Made by a program: the position numbers and the translations under genes. Shown one piece after another: positions 9,213 through 15,245 of a DNA stretch of 64,000 nucleotides. Under the pieces are notes generated by a model. It had not been told where the DNA came from. It worked only from the letters and a program-made list of their open reading frames with translations, and ran no database searches. The stretch's first letter is position 1. Each line of letters starts with the position of its first letter. This stretch comes from a virus. Lineage: Duplodnaviria > Caudoviricetes. The stretch is taken from positions 10,896 to 74,895 of the IMG/VR virus record IMGVR_UViG_3300032011_004028; one strand, 5' to 3'.

Positions 9213-10293
9213 TAACTATCTTAGTTATTTGGTCGACGGTGTTGCTATAAGGGAACTGTTCTTGAAGGTTTAATCCTTCAGTGTTTACGGGAGATTCTTT
9301 GTATCTTTCCACGGCTTTCTCGCATCCTTCTATAAAAGCATCTTCGTTGAAATCATAAATCTGGCCTTGGTTGAAGGGGTTTCCTTTTTTAAAGAATATT
9401 CCGTCTTCAGAGTCTATTTTTCCACTAGGCTCCACCAAAATAGCATTTTCTGGCGTCGCCCAATCTTTATAAGAGGTGGTATTAAGTATTACGCCGTGCT
9501 TACCCAGCGCTATAGATTGAAATTCAGGCAGCCCCCATCCTTCGGCTCCCGACATTCCTAGAATTATATTTCCAGAATTTAAGAAGTCGTTGTAAAGGCT
9601 ATTTTTTTGCATCATTCCTAGAAAATTGATATTAAAGTAGTTTTTACCTTCCAGTATTTGACTTATGCGAGCTTTAAATTCGTCCTCTTTCATGAAGGGG
9701 TTAGCGATGGCACACTGGAGAACGTAATCTTTATTGTTTCCGTATTTTTTAAGCCAAGCCTTAATTACTTTAGCGTGATGCTTCCTTTTCTCGAGCTTGC
9801 CTGTAATGTTAAAAACTATCTTTCCTTCAAGATATTTTTCATTTTTTACATTAAAATTATATTTATCGAATCCGAGTGGCACGTAATGACAATTTTCTAA
9901 GCCGTGCTCTTCGAGAATGTTTTTGGCATAATTAGAACTAACAATTAAGTTCTTCTGGTTTCGCGCTATATTTATTTCGTAGCTGGTAGGGTGATCAAGT
10001 TCATAAAAGGTAAATAGTGTTTGATCTTTTCCGTAAGATGTTAAGCTTTCGTGGTTTAGATGCCACAGTTTAAAAATAGGAGTATCTCTATTGTACTCTT
10101 CAAAAGATTTTTTAATGCAAGACTCTATCCACTTGTTGAAGTCTTCATCTACTTCTTGAGAGCTTAAATCGGATTGACCTACTGTAAATAAAGAAGGCTG
10201 CACGCCCCTCTGGTGAAATTCACGCAGAAGGGCTGTGCTAACCTGACCAAAACTTACACCGTTAAGTGGTAGATGTAAGGCGAAGTCGGACAT
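9205..10293 (-). CDS. GT4 family glycosyltransferase
   Basis: YVPLGFD, GKLEKRKHH, GAEGWGLPEFQSIALGK. Confidence 0.8.
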   Translation of the reverse strand: MSDFALHLPLNGVSFGQVSTALLREFHQRGVQPSLFTVGQSDLSSQEVDEDFNKWIESCIKKSFEEYNRDTPIFKLWHLNHESLTSYGKDQTLFTFYELDHPTSYEINIARNQKNLIVSSNYAKNILEEHGLENCHYVPLGFDKYNFNVKNEKYLEGKIVFNITGKLEKRKHHAKVIKAWLKKYGNNKDYVLQCAIANPFMKEDEFKARISQILEGKNYFNINFLGMMQKNSLYNDFLNSGNIILGMSGAEGWGLPEFQSIALGKHGVILNTTSYKDWATPENAILVEPSGKIDSEDGIFFKKGNPFNQGQIYDFNEDAFIEGCEKAVERYKESPVNTEGLNLQEQFPYSNTVDQITKIVNA

Positions 10294-10598
10294 TAAAACT
10301 CCAGTGATTCGCTAGTGGCACTAGCCTGTGCGGCTGGTGCAGAAGCGTTAGTGTTTTGTTTGCCCTCTTCGCGGCCCTCGCTCATATACAAGCGAAAATC
10401 GGGAGCCTTGTCGTTAGCAACGCTTCCGTCTTCATTGTATTTGTGTTTGTTTTTGAAGACGACCAACTGAACCTTACCTGACGCGTCTTTTAATTCGACG
10501 TGACCTGTCATGTATTGAGTTCCAGTTAGGCTCTTCTTTACCCATAGAGCACCTAATTCGCGCTCCTTCCAGTCGTTGTTCTTTTGTTCTTCAGACAT
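10293..10598 (-). CDS. DUF736-like OB-fold / ssDNA-binding-like protein
   Basis: LGALWVKKSLTGTQYMTG...VFKNK...KAPDFRLY followed by a flexible tail ending in LEF. Confidence 0.55.
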   Translation of the reverse strand: MSEEQKNNDWKERELGALWVKKSLTGTQYMTGHVELKDASGKVQLVVFKNKHKYNEDGSVANDKAPDFRLYMSEGREEGKQNTNASAPAAQASATSESLEF

Positions 10599-10608
10599 AA
10601 GAGTCTTT

Positions 10609-10637
10609 ATATTATAGAGGGCGGGTCACGTTGTCAA
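10609..10637 (-). promoter_or_regulatory. sigma70-type promoter TTGACA-N17-TAATAT heading the DUF736 + glycan operon
   Basis: Minus strand reads TTGACA (10637-10632), 17 nt, then TAATAT (10614-10609). An overlapping TATAAT lies at 15-nt spacing. Confidence 0.75.
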
Positions 10638-10645
10638 CACTTTTT

Positions 10646-11248
10646 TTAAATAGAATCGAGAAATTTTTCGCTTCCTATTTTTTTTCTTAATACCGCTAGC
10701 CCTCTATTGTGCAGATTGATTGCGGTTTGAGTGCTGATCTCTAAGTTTTGAGCTATTTTAGCCCACGAGGGTTTTTTGGTGACATTCGAATACCTTAGAG
10801 AGAATATTTTTTTTATCCGAGTGTCTCTTAGTTGGGCAAGAATATTACCTGTGAATTCAAATAGGTCCTCAGTGGGGGCATCTCCTTCTTTTTCTTTTAA
10901 GGCGTCTAGTATTTCGTCCTCTGTGCTTACTAAACGGTCTTTAACTTTTTTATTTATGGAATTTAAGCAAAAATATTTAATTTGATTAGCTAGCCACGTC
11001 GAAAATTTTACGTTTTTATGAATACTGAAACTTTTTGCTGAATTCCAGATAATTAAATTTTTATCCATAGAAGTTTCGTTTATGTCGATGTTGTTGGCAT
11101 AAAAACTACTGGAATATTTTTTTAATATCTTAAAACAGAGGGGGGAGTGCCTCTTGATAAGCTCAGTGAGGCTTCTTTCGCAGTTATTTAAGCGAATTCT
11201 TTCTACTAAATAGTTGTCGCTTACCTTATCCCAGCAGCTTTCTTCCAT
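10646..11248 (-). CDS. Phage-encoded sigma70-family RNA polymerase sigma factor
   Basis: Region 2: LTELIKRHSPL...IWNSAKSF...KFSTWLANQIKYFCLN. Region 4 HTH: IFSLRY...SWAKIAQNLEISTQTAINLHNRGLAVLR. Confidence 0.82.
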   Translation of the reverse strand: MEESCWDKVSDNYLVERIRLNNCERSLTELIKRHSPLCFKILKKYSSSFYANNIDINETSMDKNLIIWNSAKSFSIHKNVKFSTWLANQIKYFCLNSINKKVKDRLVSTEDEILDALKEKEGDAPTEDLFEFTGNILAQLRDTRIKKIFSLRYSNVTKKPSWAKIAQNLEISTQTAINLHNRGLAVLRKKIGSEKFLDSI

Positions 11249-11664
11249 AATTCTATCTTAACCGTAAAGTCCTCGAAAGAACAGTCCTTATCTCTTTCTA
11301 AGTCAAGAACATAACGACGATGCCTCTTAAACATACGTGGTAAAATTATAAAGTATTCGATCATATCGTCAAAATTATTTTCTAAAAAAATATTTGCATC
11401 CCTAAAATCTGTCTCGTTAGGGTCGTCAGATTTAACGGAAGTTTGAATCAAGAAAGCATAATTAAGCTCCAAGTTATCAGAGAATAACATACTGTCAAAG
11501 CGACATATACTGACGTCATAAGCGTAAACTGCGTCTATTTTGCTGAATTTTAAATGATGAAATTGAGATAGATTTTCCGAAGTTAACAAAAGGTTAGCTC
11601 CTCTTCCTGAATAAGCTACCATGGGACGGCATTGCTTCTGCGCAATGGAAGAATCTTCAAACAT
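11221..11664 (-). CDS. Hypothetical protein
   Basis: 147-aa ORF overlapping both neighbours on the same strand. Confidence 0.55.
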   Translation of the reverse strand: MFEDSSIAQKQCRPMVAYSGRGANLLLTSENLSQFHHLKFSKIDAVYAYDVSICRFDSMLFSDNLELNYAFLIQTSVKSDDPNETDFRDANIFLENNFDDMIEYFIILPRMFKRHRRYVLDLERDKDCSFEDFTVKIELWKKAAGIR

Positions 11665-12250
11665 ATAACTTCTTTACCCATTTTAATAATTTTTGGGCTG
11701 AAATTATTTTTTTTACGTCTTCTTTCTCTGTTCTCCAGTTCAGTTTAAAGTCAGCGACCTCCTTTACTAAGGGGTCGTTAATCGTTTCCGTATCGTTTGC
11801 TGGGGGCATGTAAATACGCTTCCCTCCCACTTCATCATACCGAGAAACGTGAATCAAAACCCCGTTTATTTCTTCTTTTAACCAAAAAACTTCATCTTTC
11901 TCGTATTTGTTAAATCTGATGTCAGTTATAATATTTATTTTTTCGGGGGCTAATTCTTTAGATATTTGATCTATCCAGTGTCTACCGTTTGATAAATCTC
12001 TTTTTATTTCTCCATGAGATACGAGAAAAGGCCGTATCGTATTCTTTTCGTCCCGGGTACAGTCAGTAGAATCTATTCCATAAAGTTCACGGGAAACGCA
12101 TGATACTTCCTTTTTTAAGTTCTTAGCAATTGAAAGCTCCCTGTACGGGAGCTCCATTCTTTGCAATAATTTAATTATTATCTCAGCAACCGTATTCTTC
12201 CCACAACCGGCTACTCCCCCTATTCCTATGTTCTTAAACTTGTAGTTCAT
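11657..12250 (-). CDS. Deoxynucleoside monophosphate kinase (phage dNMP kinase)
   Basis: P-loop IGIGGVAGCGKNTVA, LSIAKNLKKE, RPFLVSHGE, IITDIRFNKYE. Confidence 0.8.
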   Translation of the reverse strand: MNYKFKNIGIGGVAGCGKNTVAEIIIKLLQRMELPYRELSIAKNLKKEVSCVSRELYGIDSTDCTRDEKNTIRPFLVSHGEIKRDLSNGRHWIDQISKELAPEKINIITDIRFNKYEKDEVFWLKEEINGVLIHVSRYDEVGGKRIYMPPANDTETINDPLVKEVADFKLNWRTEKEDVKKIISAQKLLKWVKKLYV

Positions 12251-12274
12251 TTAAATTAAATTTATTAATAAAAT

Positions 12275-12303
12275 ATTATATAAACTTTTCCCTAGAAAGT
12301 CGA
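12275..12303 (-). promoter_or_regulatory. sigma70-type promoter TCGACT-N17-TATAAT upstream of the dNMP kinase
   Basis: Minus strand reads TCGACT (12303-12298), 17 nt, then TATAAT (12280-12275). Confidence 0.55.
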
Positions 12304-12565
12304 AGTGAAACGGAGACTTTCCCCGTATTTGGAGGTTAACCAAAACATCGGCAATCTTTCTTCCTTTTCCCTGAGAATACTCCCCGGCTAGTCTTTTTCG
12401 GGTGTGTGGTAGTTTCCACCCATATGACATCACCTTTACTACCCGCCCAATAAATTTAGTTTATCGGTTCCCCCACTTGCAAGTCTCCGACAGCAGCGGT
12501 GGGCACAATAGATTGCGGACCTGTCTACCTTTTTTATGTAACAAGACAGAAATGCTACAAAAAGA

Positions 12566-12594
12566 GTTTTAAGTTCCGCGGGGCACGATGTCAA
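12566..12594 (-). promoter_or_regulatory. Possible sigma70 promoter TTGACA-N17-TAAAAC firing into the 430-bp intergenic region
   Basis: Perfect -35 at 12594-12589, 17-nt spacer, 4/6 match at -10. Confidence 0.4.
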
Positions 12595-12695
12595 CTTTTT
12601 TAATAAAGATTTTTGAAAAAAACAAAGAGGAACCCCTTTTCGGGAAAAAATCCGTTTTTTCTTGACTAGGTGCCCCTTTGATGAAAACTCAACGC

Positions 12696-13106
12696 ATGCG
12701 CCTTTCATGGGAAGAGTACGCCTTGAACATCGCCGCCACAGCAGCGGAGAGAAGTGAGGATATCTACCAAAAGGTAGGGGCGTGTGCCTTGAACGAAAAG
12801 AACATGGTTATAGCTATTGGCTATAACGGACTTGCGCCGGGAAAAAATGTCTCCTACGGTTTCATGAAAAACCGAAATCACCGCCGCCCATTTATGATTC
12901 ACGCAGAGGTTAACTGTTTAAGCTTAATAAAACGAGGAGAAGCTAAAATGCTTGCCTCCACCCTGCTGCCATGTTCTTCTTGCGCCACTGCGATAGCCGC
13001 CTACGGAATCGAGAAGGTGATTTACAAAGAAATCTACAAAAGAGATAAAAGCGCTTTAGAAATTTTTGAATTCTACCAAATAAAATGCATCCAGTATGGA
13101 AATTAA
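12696..13106 (+). CDS. dCMP deaminase (ComEB-like)
   Basis: HAEVNCL and PCSSCA zinc motifs, AERSED, VGACAL, GYNG. Likely start MRLSWEEYAL at 12696 (alternatives 12678 and 12681). Confidence 0.9.
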   Translation: MRLSWEEYALNIAATAAERSEDIYQKVGACALNEKNMVIAIGYNGLAPGKNVSYGFMKNRNHRRPFMIHAEVNCLSLIKRGEAKMLASTLLPCSSCATAIAAYGIEKVIYKEIYKRDKSALEIFEFYQIKCIQYGN

Positions 13107-13569
13107 ATACAGCAAACTACACCCTGACGGAAAAGAGCCTTTCAGGGCTAACCCCGCTGACGCCGGTTACGATTTGTTTTCAACCCAATACGAAACGCTG
13201 GAGCCCTTTCAGAGGAAACTCATTTCTACAGGTATAAATATAAAAATACCTGAAGGTTTTTATGGCCGCATCGCCCCAAGAAGCGGTTTAGCGTGTAAAA
13301 AAGGAATAGATGTAATGGCGGGAGTAATAGATTCTGGCTATCGCGGAGAAATAAAAGTTTTATTGATAAACTTGAACTTCGAGAGTTATAATCTAAAACC
13401 TAACGCTTTTGAAGCAATGTTTGGATCAGCAAACAAAATAGATATAAAACCGGGCGACAGAATAGCTCAATTAATTATTGAGAAATGTCACAGCGCCGAC
13501 TGGAAAGTCGTTAGTTCTCTCGATGAATCGAAAAGGGGAGAAAAAGGCTTCGGAAGCTCCGGAAACTAA
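13096..13569 (+). CDS. dut: Trimeric dUTPase with an insertion between motifs III and IV
   Basis: AGYDL, GRIAPRSGLA, GVIDSGYRGEI, GDRIAQL, RGEKGFGSSG. Confidence 0.95.
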   Translation: MEIKYSKLHPDGKEPFRANPADAGYDLFSTQYETLEPFQRKLISTGINIKIPEGFYGRIAPRSGLACKKGIDVMAGVIDSGYRGEIKVLLINLNFESYNLKPNAFEAMFGSANKIDIKPGDRIAQLIIEKCHSADWKVVSSLDESKRGEKGFGSSGN

Positions 13570-13575
13570 CACCCC

Positions 13576-13800
13576 ATGCAAAACACTAATTCTTCCCCCG
13601 CGGAAATGATATCATACAACTCCAAAATGGTCGGCACCGACGTGCAAGTAGTACGTTCTCAAGGCGGTGCCACATGGAGAGGAAAAGTAGAGAAAGTAGT
13701 AGATGAGGAATATTTTGAAATATCCAAATTCGAAAACCCACTGGAAACCGAAGTGGTGTCAATGTATGATATCCGCTCCCTATCGTACGATACCATCTGA
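13576..13800 (+). CDS. Small hypothetical protein (SH3/Sm-like beta barrel possible)
   Basis: 74 aa with alternating beta-strand pattern, directly after dut. Confidence 0.5.
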   Translation: MQNTNSSPAEMISYNSKMVGTDVQVVRSQGGATWRGKVEKVVDEEYFEISKFENPLETEVVSMYDIRSLSYDTI

Positions 13801-13865
13801 CCCACTTGTCCCATTTTTTTTTGGGTAAAATTGAGTTTTCCCTAAGAAACAGGCCCGTGTCCCAC

Positions 13866-13885
13866 TTTGGCACAACCCTTGCTAT
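13866..13885 (+). promoter_or_regulatory. sigma54 (RpoN) -24/-12 promoter upstream of Hsp20
   Basis: TGGCAC (13868-13873), AACCC, TTGCT (13879-13883) is an exact match to TGGCAC-N5-TTGCW. Confidence 0.8.
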
Positions 13886-13894
13886 AAAGAAGGC

Positions 13895-14263
13895 ATGTAC
13901 GCACCAACAACGTTTGGAAGGGGCTTGCTAGATTTTGCAACGCCGTTATTCGCTGAAATAGACCGCTCGCTATACAAAGACTATCAGAACTCTTTCCTTG
14001 AGGAAGATAGTTCTTATATTTTTGAGGTAGAAATGCCCGGATTCACAAAAGATGATGTAAAAGTCCACGTGGATTCTTCCGGACACCTCAACTTACAAGG
14101 AAAGACAACAAGACGAGGGAAAGAAGTTAAGTTTGGAGAAACTTATCCCATCCCTGAAAAAGCCGATCCAGCAACCGCTGAAGCTACCCTGAAAGACGGG
14201 ATATTTAGGCTACTGTTTAAAAAGAAAAATAAACACAAACCCAAAGAAATCACAATTAAGTAA
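13895..14263 (+). CDS. hsp20: Small heat-shock protein (Hsp20/alpha-crystallin)
   Basis: YIFEVEMPGFTKDDVKV, YPIPEKADP, EATLKDGIFRLLFKK, C-terminal IxI (EITIK). Confidence 0.9.
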   Translation: MYAPTTFGRGLLDFATPLFAEIDRSLYKDYQNSFLEEDSSYIFEVEMPGFTKDDVKVHVDSSGHLNLQGKTTRRGKEVKFGETYPIPEKADPATAEATLKDGIFRLLFKKKNKHKPKEITIK

Positions 14264-14275
14264 AGGGTTTTAAAG

Positions 14276-14300
14276 AACCGGGCTTCGGCCCGGTTTTTTT
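14276..14300 (+). terminator. Rho-independent terminator after hsp20
   Basis: AACCGGGC-TTCG-GCCCGGTT: 8-bp stem, cUUCGg loop, then a T run. Confidence 0.9.
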
Positions 14301-14307
14301 GTGTAAT
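14301..14307 (+). promoter_or_regulatory. GTGTAA motif (candidate phage late promoter)
   Basis: GTGTAAT starts 15 nt before the ATG at 14316, immediately after a terminator. Confidence 0.6.
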
Positions 14308-14315
14308 TATATTAT

Positions 14316-14510
14316 ATGCCTCTTCCAACGCCAAAAAAGGGCCAGCAAAAAGAAGACTTTATTAATTCTTGCATGGCTAGCCCAACAATGACCAGCGAAT
14401 ACAAAGACCCAAAACAACGGATGGCTGTGTGCCACTCCCAACATCGAAGGTCTTCAGCATCAGCAACTTGGAGAGAAATTGAATTTGACAAATTCTTACT
14501 TTTAAAATAG
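14316..14510 (+). CDS. Small phage protein with MPLPxPK...F...CM...RxAVC motif
   Basis: 64 aa. The pattern is recalled from small phage proteins/domains of unknown function; preceded by the GTGTAA motif. Confidence 0.6.
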   Translation: MPLPTPKKGQQKEDFINSCMASPTMTSEYKDPKQRMAVCHSQHRRSSASATWREIEFDKFLLLK

Positions 14511-14513
14511 AAT
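14485..14513 (+). promoter_or_regulatory. sigma70-type promoter TTGACA-N17-TAGAAT
   Basis: TTGACA at 14485-14490 and TAGAAT at 14508-14513. The ATG at 14522 is at about the expected +1. Confidence 0.75.
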
Positions 14514-14521
14514 TTTCTTAA

Positions 14522-14713
14522 ATGAGCGAAGATAAAACTATTTCGCATACTTCTTACCAGCAGGTACTTACGCTACTGAATCAGGTGATAGAAGCTTCTA
14601 TTTGGGAAGACGCAAAGCTTAAAAGCAAGGACCCTATTAAAAATCCGGGAGAAAGCTTCACGACAAATAAATTAAAACTAATAAGAGAGACCTTGGAAAA
14701 TGAGTCTAAATAA
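14522..14713 (+). CDS. Hypothetical protein
   Basis: 63-aa ORF directly behind a sigma70 promoter, overlapping the next gene. Confidence 0.6.
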   Translation: MSEDKTISHTSYQQVLTLLNQVIEASIWEDAKLKSKDPIKNPGESFTTNKLKLIRETLENESK

Positions 14714-15029
14714 AACCCTAAAAAAACTTCTCGCTGAAAAAGAAGAACTTGTTGCCTCCATTACTTTATGCTGTAAAAGCGTTGAGTTTTGGGAAAAAAG
14801 AGCAGATATAATCTTTGAAAAGATAGATGAGGCCGATGAAGAGTTTGGGTTTGAGGATGATTTTGATACGGAGAAGAAAAATACTCGCCTTATGCAGGAG
14901 TCTGCCCGACTTGTGAGCCGTATAGCTTTTGAAAATAATCAGCTAGATATGCTAGAGGTTCAAATTTTAGATCTAGAAGAAAAAATAGTAAAATCTTTAG
15001 CCCAGTATGCCAAGAAACAAAAAAAATAA
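14700..15029 (+). CDS. Acidic coiled-coil hypothetical protein
   Basis: 109 aa, heptad-like and E/D-rich. Confidence 0.6.
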   Translation: MSLNKTLKKLLAEKEELVASITLCCKSVEFWEKRADIIFEKIDEADEEFGFEDDFDTEKKNTRLMQESARLVSRIAFENNQLDMLEVQILDLEEKIVKSLAQYAKKQKK

Positions 15030-15174
15030 AAAATACTATTTGATAGAGTCTAAAAAAAGAAGGTGGTCATATGGAGCTTTCCCCCACACAGAAGAAGGGC
15101 TGCAGCAAGCAAAAAAGTATTTAGGGGCGCTTCAAAAAAAAACGGATGAGAAACTAGAGATAGTTGAAAAATAA
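15007..15174 (+). CDS. Small basic hypothetical protein, 55 aa (absent from the ORF track)
   Basis: Manual translation MPRNKKNKKYYLIESKKRRWSYGAFPHTEEGLQQAKKYLGALQKKTDEKLEIVEK* fills the gap on the coding strand. Confidence 0.55.
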   Translation: MPRNKKNKKYYLIESKKRRWSYGAFPHTEEGLQQAKKYLGALQKKTDEKLEIVEK

Positions 15175-15175
15175 C

Positions 15176-15204
15176 TTGACGGCTCACCCCGTCTAACATA
15201 AAGT
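15176..15204 (+). promoter_or_regulatory. Possible sigma70 promoter TTGACG-N17-TAAAGT upstream of nrdA
   Basis: TTGACG at 15176-15181 and TAAAGT at 15199-15204. A GTGTAT variant also lies at 15226-15231. Confidence 0.5.
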
Positions 15205-15245
15205 AAATCACACACCTGATTAAGGGTGTATTTTTTTCTACCAAG

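Noticed and set aside
10255-10260. TTACAC inside the GT4 gene as a late promoter
   Set aside because: It is intragenic and not upstream of a start; chance hexamers are expected every few kb.
1-10293. Bacterial O-antigen island or host contamination
   Set aside because: No membrane transport or polymerase genes are visible, and the operon is continuous with phage-type DUF736, sigma and dNMP kinase genes in the same compact style.
12311-12489. 6S RNA-like gene (179 nt closed by a 9-bp helix)
   Set aside because: The inner arms are C-rich on both sides (G-rich on the other strand) and cannot form the 6S rod with a central bubble.
12662-12690. sigma70 promoter for dCMP deaminase (TTGACT)
   Set aside because: No acceptable -10 at 16-18 nt spacing (AAAACT or AAACTC).
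12251-12708. Track ORFs 12251-12433 and 12439-12708 as genes
   Set aside because: They have no recognisable motifs and overlap predicted promoters. The 60-aa ORF abuts the kinase start and cannot be fully excluded.
15050-15244. Antisense 64-aa ORF
   Set aside because: It opposes the operon direction; the sense 55-aa ORF and the nrdA promoter explain the region.
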